A stretch of 64,000 nucleotides of DNA from Gammaproteobacteria bacterium (GCA_030066085.1 JASJCI010000001.1:132380-196379); one strand, 5' to 3'. Shown: positions 49,842 to 60,599, counted from the first letter of the stretch. Numbers and translations are program-made. Notes: a model not told the origin generated them from the letters alone.

Positions 49842-51137
49842 CTATTCCCCTTCCCTGCCCTTCGCCTGCTCGTCGGCGTATTCTTCGCGCGCGTAGTACT
49901 GCGTCGCGTCGATAGCCGATCCCGACGGGTGTACCGCGGTCAGCGTGCTCGGTCCCTGCTTCGCCAGCGGCACGGGCGGCCGGCGCAACATCCTGAGCAG
50001 GGCAAACAGTCCCAGCAGTCCATGCGCAACGGCGATCGACCAGAACAACGCGGCATCGCCGTAGCGGTCCATCAATGCCGCGATCAGCACCGGTCCGACG
50101 ATCGCGCCGATACCGCCGGTCAATACCAGCGCACCGCTGGCGGCGATCATCTGGCTCGGATCCAGGTGGTCGTTGGCGTAGGCGATACAGATCGAGTACA
50201 GCGGAAAAGCGAGCCCGCCGAGCACCGCCACCGCGGCGAACAATACCGGTAACGAGTAAGCCGCTGCCGGTACGCAGGCGGCCGCCGCAACCGCGGTCAG
50301 CAGGCTGATCGTGGTCAGCACGATGCGCCGGTCGAAACGGTCGGACAAAATGCCAAGCGGTGCCTGCAGCACCAGGATTCCGATTACCGCGGCGGTCATG
50401 AAATACGAGATGTCGCGAATATCCAGCCCGGTACGCTGGGCGTAAACCGGGCCGAGCGCAAAAAAAGTCGCGGTGACGAGACCAACCACGAACATGCTGA
50501 CCACGCCCAGGGGCGTGATCCGGTACAGCTGCAGCAGGCTCAGGCGCACCGAGTCACGATGCGCCGGCGTCGATCCCGCGGACAACAGCAGCGGCACGAC
50601 CGCGATCGAGATCAGGATCGACGTCAGGATGAACAGCGGGTACTCTTCCGGCGGCGCCAGGTTCAGCAGCAGCTGGCCACCGCCCACGCCGAGATAGGTC
50701 ACCAGCATGTACAGCGACAGCAGGCTGCCGCGGGTTTCATTGCTGGCACGATCGTTGAGCCAGCTCTCGGCGACGATGTAGAGCCCGGCGAAACAGAAGC
50801 CCGTCACCAGGCGCATCGCGATCCACACCGGCACCGTCACGAACAGCGCGTGCACCAGGATCGCGGTCGAGGATATCGCGGCGAAGGCGGCAAATACGCG
50901 CACGTGGCCAACGCGCACGGTCAGCCATGGAGTCGCCAGCGAACCGAGCAGAAAACCGACATAGAATACCGACATGACCAGGCCGGTCAGGGTGGCGGAA
51001 AACCCGGCCAGGCCGGCACGCACCGGCAGCAGCGTGCCCTGCAGGCCGTCGCCGAGCATCAGGATGCCGAAACCGGCCAGCAGCGCCCAGGACGAGGCCA
51101 GCGCATCCAGCAATCCCGCCCTGGGCCTAGTCACCAC
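49842..51137 (-). CDS. MFS transporter (GTG start inferred)
   Basis: About 430 aa with 12 TM segments. TM1 (LLDALASSWALLAGFGILMLG) requires a start upstream of the first ATG. GTG at 51135-51137 gives an 11-nt overlap with the tetR stop. The track start at 51260 is inside tetR. Confidence 0.7.
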   Translation of the reverse strand: MVTRPRAGLLDALASSWALLAGFGILMLGDGLQGTLLPVRAGLAGFSATLTGLVMSVFYVGFLLGSLATPWLTVRVGHVRVFAAFAAISSTAILVHALFVTVPVWIAMRLVTGFCFAGLYIVAESWLNDRASNETRGSLLSLYMLVTYLGVGGGQLLLNLAPPEEYPLFILTSILISIAVVPLLLSAGSTPAHRDSVRLSLLQLYRITPLGVVSMFVVGLVTATFFALGPVYAQRTGLDIRDISYFMTAAVIGILVLQAPLGILSDRFDRRIVLTTISLLTAVAAAACVPAAAYSLPVLFAAVAVLGGLAFPLYSICIAYANDHLDPSQMIAASGALVLTGGIGAIVGPVLIAALMDRYGDAALFWSIAVAHGLLGLFALLRMLRRPPVPLAKQGPSTLTAVHPSGSAIDATQYYAREEYADEQAKGREGE

Positions 51138-51750
51138 GATCTCCCGAGCCCGGCACACGCAGCGCGACTCCCTGGCTGTGCAACAGTCGATAGCAGTCGT
51201 GGCGCGCATCCTCGAGGCTGAAGTCTTCCGCGTGCAGGCAGTATTCGAGCCACAGGCCATCGATCATTGCGATCAACTGGCGCGCAAGGCTTTCCGCTTC
51301 GAATCCGGGATCGTCGCGGCGGACAAAAGCCGCCAGGGCCCTGGCTATGCGGGCCTTGTAGTTCTGGTAGCGCTGTTCGTGCAGGACACGTAATTCAGCA
51401 TTGGTCGCGATCTCGCCCCAGACGGTGAGCCACGCCCGCAGGTTGGAGCGGCGAAAGGTCGACGCGTCAAAATTGGAATCGATCACGTGGCGCAGCACAT
51501 GCTCGGCGACCTCCGATGGAAAAGATTCGACCAGGTGCGCCGTCATCGCGGCATAAATCTGTAGCAGCAGATCTTCCTTGGTCCTGAAGTGATGGTTGAT
51601 CAGGCCGCGCGAAACCTGTGCTTCGCGACAGATGTTGTCGATCGTAAAGGCGCTGATGCCGCCGTTGCCGAGACAGCGGATACCGGCCTCGATCAGCTCG
51701 CGTTTACGCACCTCGGCGGTTTTACGGCGATATGCAATATTCCTATCCAA
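51127..51750 (-). CDS. TetR/AcrR-family transcriptional regulator
   Basis: 207 aa with N-terminal HTH (FTIDNICREAQVSRGLINHHFRTKEDLL). Confidence 0.8.
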   Translation of the reverse strand: MDRNIAYRRKTAEVRKRELIEAGIRCLGNGGISAFTIDNICREAQVSRGLINHHFRTKEDLLLQIYAAMTAHLVESFPSEVAEHVLRHVIDSNFDASTFRRSNLRAWLTVWGEIATNAELRVLHEQRYQNYKARIARALAAFVRRDDPGFEAESLARQLIAMIDGLWLEYCLHAEDFSLEDARHDCYRLLHSQGVALRVPGSGDRGD

Positions 51751-51851
51751 TTCAGTTATTTACCGGGCGTTGATGCAAAAAAAATATTGCGCCAGCATAC
51801 ACCTTGTTGTACGATCGTTCAACAAGAAACCCGGACCGAAGGCGACAGCCG

Positions 51852-53909
51852 ATGCCGAGAAATCCGCATTACGACATCCTTTTCGAACCCGTGCAGATCG
51901 GTCCTGTAACTGCACCCAACCGCTTTTACCAGACACCGCACGCCACCGGCATGGGCAACATGCGGCCCAACAGTTCGGCCGCGCTGCGTGCAACCAAGGC
52001 TGCTGGCGGCTGGGGCGTGGTTTGCACCGAATACTGCTCGATCCATCCGAGCGCGGACGAAACGCCGTACGCCTACCTCAGCCTGTGGGACGATGAAGAC
52101 CTCGAACAACTCGCGCTCACCTGCGATGCGATTCACCGGCAGGGTTCGCTTGCCGGCGTCGAACTCTGGCATGGCGGATCGCATTCCAACAATCGCGGCA
52201 CTCGTTTACCGCCCCTGGCACCCACGGGCTGCTCGACCATTTTTACCGGCGCCGGTCAGCAGGTCCGTGAAATGGACACCTCGGATATCGCCGCGCTGCG
52301 TCGCTGGCAGCGCGATGCCGCGCTGCGGGCGCAACAGGCCGGTTTCGATATCATTTATGTCTATGCCGGTCACGATTACCTGCCCTTCCAGTTCCTCTCA
52401 CCGCTGACCAATCGCCGCACGGACGAGTACGGCGGCAGTTTCGAGAACCGGGCCCGGCTGCTGCGCGAAATGATCGAAGACACGCGCGAGGTTGTCGGCG
52501 ACCGTTGCGCGGTCGCGGTCCGACTGGCGATCGACGAACTGCATGGCGCGCCTGGAATAAGCGCGGATGGTGACGGGCGACGGGTCATCGAATACCTCGG
52601 CGAACTGCCCGATCTTTGGGATATCGCGCTCGGCGGCAGCCTCGGCAACGATTCCTGCAGTGCGCGCTTCGCCGCCGAGGGTTACCAGGAGCCATACGCC
52701 GGTGTCGTCAAACAGCTGACCTCCAAACCGGTGGTTTCGGTCGGTCGTTTTACGTCGCCGGATACCATGGTCGGCCAGGTACGCCGCGGTGTGCAGGATT
52801 TCATCGGTGCCGCGCGGCCCTCGATCGCCGATCCGTTTCTGCCGTGGAAGATCGACCATGGCCACGAAGATCAGATCCGCGAATGCATCGGCTGCAATAT
52901 CTGCCGCTCGGCCAACAACGAGGGCGCACCGCTGCGCTGTACCCAGAATCCGACCATGGGCGAAGAATGGCGCCGCGGCTGGCACCCGGAAAAGATCGCC
53001 CCGGCGCGACGCGATGCCTCGATACTGGTGGTCGGCGGCGGTCCCGCGGGACTCGAGGCCAGCCTCGCTCTCGGCCGCCGCGGCTACCGGGTTACGCTGG
53101 CGGAGGCCGGCGACGAACTCGGTGGCCGCCTGTTGCTCGAATCCACCCTGCCCGGTCTCGCCAACTGGATTCGCGTGCGCGATTACCGCAGTCACCTGCT
53201 TGCGCAAATGGGCCGGATCGATGTTTACCTGCAAAGCCCGCTCGCTGCCGCCGACCTGGTCGAATTCGATGCCGATGCCATCGTGCTCGCGACCGGCAGC
53301 CGCTGGCGCCGGGACGGCGTCGGCACCCATGGACGCCAGCCGGTGCCAGTCGAATCTAGCGCGCGCGTACTCACGCCGAACGACCTGTTCGCCGACGAAC
53401 TGCCGCCAGGAGATTTTGTCATCTACGATGACGACCACTATTTCATGGCGGGCGCACTGGCCGAAATGCTGCTGCAGGCGGGGCGTCGAGTTACCTACCT
53501 GACCCCCGCAAGCAGCGTCTCCAGCTGGACCGCCATGACCGACGAACAGGATTTCATCCAGCGACGACTGCTGCAGCTGGGACTCGCCACCGGCTTTAAC
53601 CGGCGGCTGGAACGCGTCGAGCGGGAACGCCTGTTCAGCTGCTGCACCTACAGCGGCGAGGTTTTCGATTACGATTTCGATAACCTGCTGCTGGTAACCG
53701 GCAGGTTGCCGAACGACGAACTGTTTCGCCAGTTATCGATCGACGCCACGCGCATCGGCGACTGTTTTGTACCCTCGAGTATCGCCGATGCGGTTTACGC
53801 CGGGCACCGGCTTGCACGCGAGTTCGACGAGGACCCCGCCACGCTGGTAGCGAAACGTGAACGCGCCCGGCTGCAGCAACTGGATCTCGACGAGGTAGCC
53901 ATGCCATGA
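51852..53909 (+). CDS. Two-domain flavin/[4Fe-4S] oxidoreductase, OYE-like TIM barrel fused to FAD/NAD(P)-binding domain (trimethylamine dehydrogenase / DgcA / StcD N-demethylase / 2,4-dienoyl-CoA reductase family)
   Basis: 685 aa from ATG 51852. OYE N-terminus (LFEPVQIGPVTAPNRFYQTPH), Cys cluster CIGCNICRSANNEGAPLRC and dinucleotide-binding GxGxxG (ILVVGGGPAGLEAS). Confidence 0.8.
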   Translation: MPRNPHYDILFEPVQIGPVTAPNRFYQTPHATGMGNMRPNSSAALRATKAAGGWGVVCTEYCSIHPSADETPYAYLSLWDDEDLEQLALTCDAIHRQGSLAGVELWHGGSHSNNRGTRLPPLAPTGCSTIFTGAGQQVREMDTSDIAALRRWQRDAALRAQQAGFDIIYVYAGHDYLPFQFLSPLTNRRTDEYGGSFENRARLLREMIEDTREVVGDRCAVAVRLAIDELHGAPGISADGDGRRVIEYLGELPDLWDIALGGSLGNDSCSARFAAEGYQEPYAGVVKQLTSKPVVSVGRFTSPDTMVGQVRRGVQDFIGAARPSIADPFLPWKIDHGHEDQIRECIGCNICRSANNEGAPLRCTQNPTMGEEWRRGWHPEKIAPARRDASILVVGGGPAGLEASLALGRRGYRVTLAEAGDELGGRLLLESTLPGLANWIRVRDYRSHLLAQMGRIDVYLQSPLAAADLVEFDADAIVLATGSRWRRDGVGTHGRQPVPVESSARVLTPNDLFADELPPGDFVIYDDDHYFMAGALAEMLLQAGRRVTYLTPASSVSSWTAMTDEQDFIQRRLLQLGLATGFNRRLERVERERLFSCCTYSGEVFDYDFDNLLLVTGRLPNDELFRQLSIDATRIGDCFVPSSIADAVYAGHRLAREFDEDPATLVAKRERARLQQLDLDEVAMP

Positions 53910-55426
53910 CGACTCGAAGCCGCCGCCGCGCGGGCCGCAAGCCCCGCAACGCGGGTTCGATCGCGCAATTGCCCTGGCGGCAATTGCGTTACCGCCACGC
54001 GCCGCATGCATTGCTCGGCGAAGATGAACTCGAGCAGATTCATCGCACTGGCCTGCGCATTCTGCAGGAAACCGGCATGCTGATCCTGTCGGCACGGGCG
54101 CGCGATCTCTATGCCGGCGCGGGCTGCCGCGTGGATGCTGATTCACCGCGCGTGTTTTTCGATGCCGAGCTGGTGGAATCCCTGCTCGCGAGCGCGCCGT
54201 CGAGTTTCGACCTGCAGGCACGTAACCCCGACAGGAACATCCGCATTGGCGACGGTCACGCGGTGTTCACGTCGGTTGGCGGCCCGGCCTACGTGATGGA
54301 CATCGACAACGGCCGGCGCAACGGTACCTATGATGAAATGTGCAACTTCATCCGCCTGGTGCAGAGCCTGGACATCATTCACCAGGAAGGCGGCGGCGGT
54401 TTCGAGGCCATGGACCTGCCCGCCGCCAGCCGGCACCTCGACCTGTTTTATGCCCAGTGCACGCTGCTGGACAAGAACTGGGTGCCCTGGACCATGGGTC
54501 GCGGCCAGGCGCTGGACGCGATCGAAATGGCCGCGATCAGCCTGGGACGGGACCCGCGGGACCTGGTCGACAACCCGGCCCTGTGCGGCATCATCAATAC
54601 CAACACGCCGCTGCAGCTGGACATTCCGATGGCCGAGGGCCTGATCGCAATGGCCGAGTATGGCCAGGCATCGGCGATCACGCCGTTTACGCTGTCGGGC
54701 GCGATGGCGCCGGTGACGCTGGCCGGTGCGCTGGCGCTGCAGCACGCCGAGGCCATGGCCGGTATCGCGCTGACCCAGATCGTACGCCCGGGCGCACCGG
54801 TGCTGTATGGCGGTTTTACCTCGAACGTCGACATGAAGTCGGGGTCGCCGGCCTTCGGCACGCCCGAGTACCTGCAGGCCGCGCAGGCATCCGGGCAGCT
54901 GGCCCGTCGCCTCGGTGTGCCGTTCCGTTCGAGCAACGTCAACGCGGCCAACTGGACCGACGCGCAGGCCGCCTACGAAAGCTGCATGTCGCTGTGGGGC
55001 GCGATCAGCGGCCAGGCCAACATGATCAAGCATGCCGCCGGCTGGCTGCATGGCGGCCTCACTGCATCGCTGGAAAAACTGGTTATCGACGCCGAACTGC
55101 TGCAGATGGTTGCGGCCAGTCTGAAACCGTTTGCGGTCGACGAATCGACGCTGGCGCTGGATGCCATTCGGGAAGTCGGCCCGGCCGGCCACTTTTTTGG
55201 CAGCGCGCACACGATGGAACGCTACCAGACGGCGTTTTACGCGCCGCTGGTCTCGAACTGGGACAACCATGAAACCTGGCTCGAGTCCGGCGCGGTCACC
55301 ACCGAGCAACGCGCCAACCAGGTCTGGAAACAACTGCTGGCCGAATACGAGCAGCCGCCGCTGGACCCCGCGATCGACGAGGCGCTGCAGGCATACGTGG
55401 GCCGACGCAAAAAGGAACTCGAGTAG
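53906..55426 (+). CDS. MttB-superfamily methyltransferase (non-pyrrolysine trimethylamine/glycine-betaine methyltransferase homologue)
   Basis: 506 aa TIM-barrel MttB family (…ILQETGMLILSARARDLYAGAGCRVD...GGFTSNVDMKSGSPAFGTPE...). No in-frame amber codon. Start ATG overlaps the upstream stop (ATGA). Confidence 0.75.
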   Translation: MTTRSRRRAGRKPRNAGSIAQLPWRQLRYRHAPHALLGEDELEQIHRTGLRILQETGMLILSARARDLYAGAGCRVDADSPRVFFDAELVESLLASAPSSFDLQARNPDRNIRIGDGHAVFTSVGGPAYVMDIDNGRRNGTYDEMCNFIRLVQSLDIIHQEGGGGFEAMDLPAASRHLDLFYAQCTLLDKNWVPWTMGRGQALDAIEMAAISLGRDPRDLVDNPALCGIINTNTPLQLDIPMAEGLIAMAEYGQASAITPFTLSGAMAPVTLAGALALQHAEAMAGIALTQIVRPGAPVLYGGFTSNVDMKSGSPAFGTPEYLQAAQASGQLARRLGVPFRSSNVNAANWTDAQAAYESCMSLWGAISGQANMIKHAAGWLHGGLTASLEKLVIDAELLQMVAASLKPFAVDESTLALDAIREVGPAGHFFGSAHTMERYQTAFYAPLVSNWDNHETWLESGAVTTEQRANQVWKQLLAEYEQPPLDPAIDEALQAYVGRRKKELE

Positions 55427-55429
55427 CGC

Positions 55430-55816
55430 CTAGCCTGCTGCCATCAGTTCGATCTCGACGCGAAATTCCGTCCGCGTAAACCCGCTCACGATCAGCAGCG
55501 TCGAGGCCGGCAAGGCCTCGATATCCTTCAACCAGGCATCACGTGCTGCCATGTACGCCGGCATATCCTGTCGCGCAAGCACAAAAGCGCTGAGGTGCAC
55601 GACATTACGACGCTGCATCCCGGCTTCCGCCAGGATAGCGTCGAAATGCCTGAAAATCATTTGCGCCTGGTCACCGACATCGGTTGGCACATCACCACCG
55701 GCATCCAGCGCGAGTTGTCCCGAGGTACGCAACAGTCGTTGGCTGGCGGGCCAGGCGACAGCGTGTGAATAGCGGCCGAACGGTGCGGCGAGAATCGACG
55801 GGTTCAGGGTTTGCAT
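55430..55816 (-). CDS. RidA/YjgF-family reactive enamine/imine deaminase-like protein
   Basis: 128 aa (…PFGRYSHAVAWPASQRLLRTSGQLALD...RVEIELMA), chorismate-mutase-like fold family. Confidence 0.65.
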   Translation of the reverse strand: MQTLNPSILAAPFGRYSHAVAWPASQRLLRTSGQLALDAGGDVPTDVGDQAQMIFRHFDAILAEAGMQRRNVVHLSAFVLARQDMPAYMAARDAWLKDIEALPASTLLIVSGFTRTEFRVEIELMAAG

Positions 55817-56118
55817 CGGCGTCTCCGGTTCGAATGCGGGTAAAGTTACCCCGTTGGCGGATAATTGTTAATGCCGGATCGAGTGGGTGCCGCGACTTGC
55901 CGAGCACCGGACGAAGGGCTAGAATTTCGGTCCACCTCTGGCACAGGTACGTATCAACAGGGCCACTGAAGGGACGGCGTTAGGCCGCGCCCAGGCCTGG
56001 AGATATTGATGATTGTGCCCGGACTTTCCCCGGTTAATGCCTTGTCGTGCGCTGGCGCACGTACGGCGCAATGTACCTGCAAGTCGCCGAGCGACGTATG
56101 CCGGCCCGGAGGGCTTCG

Positions 56119-56922
56119 ATGAAAACACAGGCTTACTGGGCCGATCTGTCACGGCGCGACTTTACCCGGCTCGACGCCGCGGCAACGATCGCGGTACTGC
56201 CCATTGGCGCCTTCGAACAGCACGGCCCCCATCTGCCGGTTTCGGTCGATACCGATCTGACCAACGAAACCCTGCGCCGCTGTTTCGCCTATCTCGAACC
56301 GTCGCTGTCGGTGCTCGTGATGCCCGCCATCAGCGTCGGCAAGAGCATGGAACATGCGAATCATCCCGGCACCATCAGTCTCGGCACGGAAACCTTTACC
56401 CGGGTGGTGATGGAATACGGCGCCAGCGTTGCCCGCGCCGGCATCCGCAAGCTCGTATTGTGTAACGGGCACGGCGGCAATCGCGCGCCGCTGGGCAACG
56501 TGCTGCGCGACCTGCGGATCGAGCAGGGTTTGATCACGGTGCTGTGTGCGTGGAGTTCATTCTATGACGCTGCCGAAATCGTCGGCGCCGACGAGTATCG
56601 GCACGGCATTCACGGCGGCGATCACGAAACCAGCGCGATGCTGGCCTGTCGCGGCGATCGGGTCGACATGACACTGGCGCAAGATTTCCGCACCGCCACC
56701 GACGACTGGCGGCGCGAGTTCGAGTTTCTCGATATCGGCGGCCCGGCCCAGGTCGGCTGGGTCATGGACGATTTGTGCGCCTCGGGTGCCAGCGGCAATG
56801 CCGCCGCGGCCACACCCGAAAAAGGCGAAGCCATCCTCGACAATTCGGCGCGCGGCTTTGCCCGCTTCCTGGCCGAATTCGATCGTTTCGAAATGGCGTC
56901 ACGGGAAACCGGCGATGACTGA
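56119..56922 (+). CDS. Creatininase-family amidohydrolase (creatinine amidohydrolase-like)
   Basis: 267 aa from ATG 56119 (MKTQAYWADLSRRDFTRLDAAATIAVLPIGAFEQHGPHLPVSVDTDL...). Has the Creatininase fold with metal-ligand His/Asp/Glu pattern. Confidence 0.7.
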   Translation: MKTQAYWADLSRRDFTRLDAAATIAVLPIGAFEQHGPHLPVSVDTDLTNETLRRCFAYLEPSLSVLVMPAISVGKSMEHANHPGTISLGTETFTRVVMEYGASVARAGIRKLVLCNGHGGNRAPLGNVLRDLRIEQGLITVLCAWSSFYDAAEIVGADEYRHGIHGGDHETSAMLACRGDRVDMTLAQDFRTATDDWRREFEFLDIGGPAQVGWVMDDLCASGASGNAAAATPEKGEAILDNSARGFARFLAEFDRFEMASRETGDD

Positions 56923-58195
56923 GGTGCGATCAGACCTCGACGGCTATATCGCGGACCTGCGCATTCCGCTCGACCTGCTGCAAAATGTCTCCGCATTTGG
57001 CGGCCTGGCGGACGGCGATTGCCTGCACGGCGATTTACGGGTGCACGACGGTCGTGCCGAACAACTGTTACCCCCCGGACAGGCGCCGCAACACGAGGTG
57101 CTATTCGACGCGGACGGTCGCATCGCGCTTAGCGGACTGATCGAGGTACACGCCCATCTCGACAAGTGCCACACGATCGATCGACTGCACGGAATCGGCG
57201 GCGATCTCGAGCGCGCGATCGCGGCCCAGGGACCGGACAAACAGGCCTGGACCTTCGATGATATCCATCGACGCGCAAGCCGCGGCCTGGACGAGTTCGT
57301 GGCAGCCGGGTGCCGGGCAGTCCGCAGTCACGTCGACTGGGGCAACAGCGCCGACGCACCGCTGGCCTGGGAAGTGCTGAATCAGATCAGGGTCGCCCGG
57401 GCCGAGCAAATCGAATTACAGCTCAGCGCCCTGATCGACCTCGATATGTTCCACGACGGCTCGATCGTCGAAGCCATGCTGTCGCGGATTTCGGCGGATG
57501 ACGGAATCGCCGGGGTTTTCCTGCTGGGACACGCCCGGCCCGCAGCGGCCTTGCGCACCGCGTTCTCGATGGCGGACCGCTTCGGTCTCGATCTCGACTT
57601 CCACGTCGACGAAAGCCTAGCTCCCGGTCTCAATGGCGTGGAACAGATAGCCGACCAGGCCCTGGCCAGCGGTTATCGCGGGCGTATCCTGTGCGGTCAC
57701 GCCTGTAGCCTGGTCAATCGTGGCGCAGACGACCTGGCACGCATCCTCGACAAGCTTGCGCGGCTCGACATCTCGATTTGCGCGCTGCCGTCGACCAACC
57801 TGTACCTGCAGGGACGCGGTCCGGGGACACCGGACCGTCGCGGCCTGACGCGGCTGCGCGAACTGGCCGCGGCCGGCGTCAATATTACCGTCGGCAGCGA
57901 CAATGTCGCCGACGCCTTCTGTCCCCTGGGGCGCCACGATCCGATGCACTCGCTGGCCACGGCCGTGCTCGGCGCACATCTCGACCCGCCCTTCGGACGC
58001 TGGCTCAAATCGATCACGGTGGATGCCGCGCGGGCACTCGGTAGCCGGGAACGCTGGATCGACGGCAGCCAACTCGGCGACCTGTGGCTGAGCGATGCCC
58101 GTCACACCGCGGAGCTGATCAACCTCGGATTGTCTTCACCGCGAAGTTTGCAGGATTTGTGCAAACCCGCGCTCGGGGAGGCGCGCCGGGCATGA
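56915..58195 (+). CDS. Amidohydrolase-superfamily deaminase (cytosine / creatinine deaminase, AtzC-like)
   Basis: 426 aa from ATG 56915, 8-nt overlap with the upstream gene. Metal-binding HxH (LIEVHAHLD) and downstream His/Asp ligands (DFHVDES, VGSDNVAD). Confidence 0.65.
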   Translation: MTEVRSDLDGYIADLRIPLDLLQNVSAFGGLADGDCLHGDLRVHDGRAEQLLPPGQAPQHEVLFDADGRIALSGLIEVHAHLDKCHTIDRLHGIGGDLERAIAAQGPDKQAWTFDDIHRRASRGLDEFVAAGCRAVRSHVDWGNSADAPLAWEVLNQIRVARAEQIELQLSALIDLDMFHDGSIVEAMLSRISADDGIAGVFLLGHARPAAALRTAFSMADRFGLDLDFHVDESLAPGLNGVEQIADQALASGYRGRILCGHACSLVNRGADDLARILDKLARLDISICALPSTNLYLQGRGPGTPDRRGLTRLRELAAAGVNITVGSDNVADAFCPLGRHDPMHSLATAVLGAHLDPPFGRWLKSITVDAARALGSRERWIDGSQLGDLWLSDARHTAELINLGLSSPRSLQDLCKPALGEARRA

Positions 58196-59631
58196 ACGAC
58201 AGCACGCTGACCTCCGGCAAGATCAAACTCGACTGGGATGCGTTCAAGGCCGAGTTCGGCGATATCGAAATCATCGACAAACCGGCACGGGTGAAGAAAA
58301 GTTCGCGCGACTTCTTCTGGTACAGCCCGATACTCGAGCGCCAGCTGGAAGACGCCTACGGCGATATCGTCGCGCGGCCAGCCAGCCAGGAGCAACTCGG
58401 CGAATGCCTGCGCATCGCATACGCCTGGGACATGCCATGCGTGATTCGCGGTGGCGGTACCGGCAATTACGGCCAGGCCGTCCCGCTCGACGGCGGCCTG
58501 ATCATCGACATGACGCGTCTCGATCGCATCGTCGAAATCGGCGATGACCACATACGCGTCGAGGCCGGCGCGGTAATCGCCGACGTCAACCGGGCGCTGC
58601 ATCGGCACGGGCGCGAACTGCCGGTATTTCCGTCGACCCAGAATATTGCCACCGTCGGCGGCTTTATCGGCGGCGGCTCCGGCGGCATCGGATCGTTTCG
58701 CCACGGTCCCCTGGCGGCGCCCGGCATCGTGCCCCGGCTGAAAGTCATGTCGCTGGAAGAGAGCCCGCAATTACACGTCTTCGACGACGCCGACATCAAC
58801 ATCGTGCACCACGCCTGGGGTATGAACGGCGTGATCTACGAGGCGACCCTGCAAACCGTGCCGCGCTGCGACTGGATCAACGTGATCGCATCGTTTGCCG
58901 ATTATCCGACTGCATTTGCCGCGGGCATGAGCATCGGCGGCGACAGGTCGCTCGGCGCCAAGCTGCTGTCGGTGCTCGACGCCCGTTTCGCGGTCTACTT
59001 TACTGCGCTCGGCGAGCGCATTCCCTGCGACCGTGCGCTGATGAACAGCATGGTGCCGCGCGAACGACTCGATCGATTCAGGGACCTGGTCGAGTCCAGC
59101 GGTGGCAGTCTCGATCTTGCCCTCGACGAAGCCGAAACCGCGGCCGCCGAAATACCGCATGTATTCGAGTTTTCCTACAACCACACGACGCTGCAGGCGC
59201 TGAAGGCGGACAAGTCGGTGACCTACCTGCAGGTGGGCGCGCCGTTGCCGCTCGACGTCGAAAACATCAAAACATTACATGAACTGCTGCACGACGAAGT
59301 GCTGATGCATCACGAATTCAGCGTGCGCGACGACGGCCTGGCCGCCTGGGATATCCCTGTCATTCGCTACACCACGGAAGCGCGCCTGTACGAGATTATC
59401 GACATTTTTCGCCAGCATGGCTGTGCCATTGCCGACCCGCACCAGAACAACGTCGAGGGCGGCGGCATGAAAAACGCCAATTTCAAACACCTCGCGTGGA
59501 AAAAGCGGCTCGATCCGAAAGACCTGCTCAACAGCGGCAAGAGCCTGCTCTGGCCGCGGGTCAAAGACCTGCCGGCCGAACAGATCGAAAACCTGACCCG
59601 GGCCGACCTGGAACCCGGAGCAATCGCTTGA
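58192..59631 (+). CDS. FAD-binding (PCMH-type, FAD_binding_4) oxidoreductase, GlcD / D-lactate dehydrogenase-like
   Basis: 479 aa from ATG 58192 (ATGA overlap). FAD-binding motifs (PCVIRGGGTGNYGQAVP, ATVGGFIGGGSGG). Confidence 0.7.
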   Translation: MNDSTLTSGKIKLDWDAFKAEFGDIEIIDKPARVKKSSRDFFWYSPILERQLEDAYGDIVARPASQEQLGECLRIAYAWDMPCVIRGGGTGNYGQAVPLDGGLIIDMTRLDRIVEIGDDHIRVEAGAVIADVNRALHRHGRELPVFPSTQNIATVGGFIGGGSGGIGSFRHGPLAAPGIVPRLKVMSLEESPQLHVFDDADINIVHHAWGMNGVIYEATLQTVPRCDWINVIASFADYPTAFAAGMSIGGDRSLGAKLLSVLDARFAVYFTALGERIPCDRALMNSMVPRERLDRFRDLVESSGGSLDLALDEAETAAAEIPHVFEFSYNHTTLQALKADKSVTYLQVGAPLPLDVENIKTLHELLHDEVLMHHEFSVRDDGLAAWDIPVIRYTTEARLYEIIDIFRQHGCAIADPHQNNVEGGGMKNANFKHLAWKKRLDPKDLLNSGKSLLWPRVKDLPAEQIENLTRADLEPGAIA

Positions 59632-60599
59632 ACGCCTTCGAACGCCTGCAGCAAACGGCCCTGCGCGTAACCGCTCGCCGGGACGAAGCGGATGACATCC
59701 TGTCGCTGGCACTGGCGGCGCCCGACGGCAGCGAACTGCCGCCGGTCGAGCCAGGCAGTCACCTGGTCGTACATCTCGCCAACGGCCTGGTGCGCCAGTA
59801 TTCGCTGACCGACAGCGCGGGCCGTCGCGATCATTACCACCTCGGAATCCTGCGCGATCCACGCAGCCGCGGCGGCTCGGCCTTTATTCACGACCGGGTC
59901 GAAGTTGGCGCCACGCTCGAGGTAACCGGTCCGCGCAATCACTTTCCGCTGGTACCGGGCGCGGCACGATCACTGCTGATTGCCGGTGGCATCGGTATTA
60001 CGCCGATCCTGTCGATGGCGCGCAGCCTGCATGCCGCGGACGCGGATTTCGAGCTGCACTATTGCGCCCGCAGCCGCGGCCAGGCAGCCTTCGTCGACTG
60101 GCTCGAGAACTCCGGCTTTGCCGATCGGGTGCATTTCCACTTCGATGGCGGGGATCGCGCACGCGGGCTCGACGTCACGACCCTGCTGCAACCGCTGATC
60201 CCGGGCCAACACCTGTACTGTTGCGGCCCGACCGGCCTGATGGATGCGGTCGAGGCCGCGGCCAGTCACTGGCCGCGCGGCTCGGTCCACTTCGAGCGCT
60301 TCAAGGCCAACCAGGACGGGCTGGGCGACAACCGACCCTTTCGCATGGTGTTAACGCGCTCCGGGCTCGAACTCGAGGTGCCGGCGGAGCGCAGCGCGCT
60401 CGACGTGTTGCGCGACCATGGTTTCGAAATCGAGAGTATCTGCGAGGAAGGTGTCTGTGGCTCCTGCCTGGTCGATGTCGAGGAGGGTGAAATCGATCAT
60501 CGCGACCAGATCCTGACGCCGGCGGAGCGGCGTGACAACGACGTCATGACGGTTTGCTGCTCGCGAGCGCTTGGTGAAATCCTGGTTTTGAATTTATGA
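59628..60599 (+). CDS. Phthalate-dioxygenase-reductase/VanB-type oxidoreductase (flavin-binding, NAD-binding, C-terminal plant-type [2Fe-2S] ferredoxin)
   Basis: About 323 aa. Flavin-binding RQYSL, NAD-binding LLIAGGIGITPILSM and ferredoxin CEEGVCGSCLVDV...CC. Start inferred at TTG 59628, which overlaps the upstream TGA. The track GTG 59496 would overlap the oxidase by 135 nt. Confidence 0.65.
   Translation: MNAFERLQQTALRVTARRDEADDILSLALAAPDGSELPPVEPGSHLVVHLANGLVRQYSLTDSAGRRDHYHLGILRDPRSRGGSAFIHDRVEVGATLEVTGPRNHFPLVPGAARSLLIAGGIGITPILSMARSLHAADADFELHYCARSRGQAAFVDWLENSGFADRVHFHFDGGDRARGLDVTTLLQPLIPGQHLYCCGPTGLMDAVEAAASHWPRGSVHFERFKANQDGLGDNRPFRMVLTRSGLELEVPAERSALDVLRDHGFEIESICEEGVCGSCLVDVEEGEIDHRDQILTPAERRDNDVMTVCCSRALGEILVLNL

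Noticed and set aside
59496-59627. Upstream GTG start (track) for the VanB-type reductase
   Set aside because: It would create a 135-nt out-of-frame overlap with the FAD oxidase gene, and the translated extension is low-complexity. The TTG at 59628 overlapping the TGA is preferred, though not certain.
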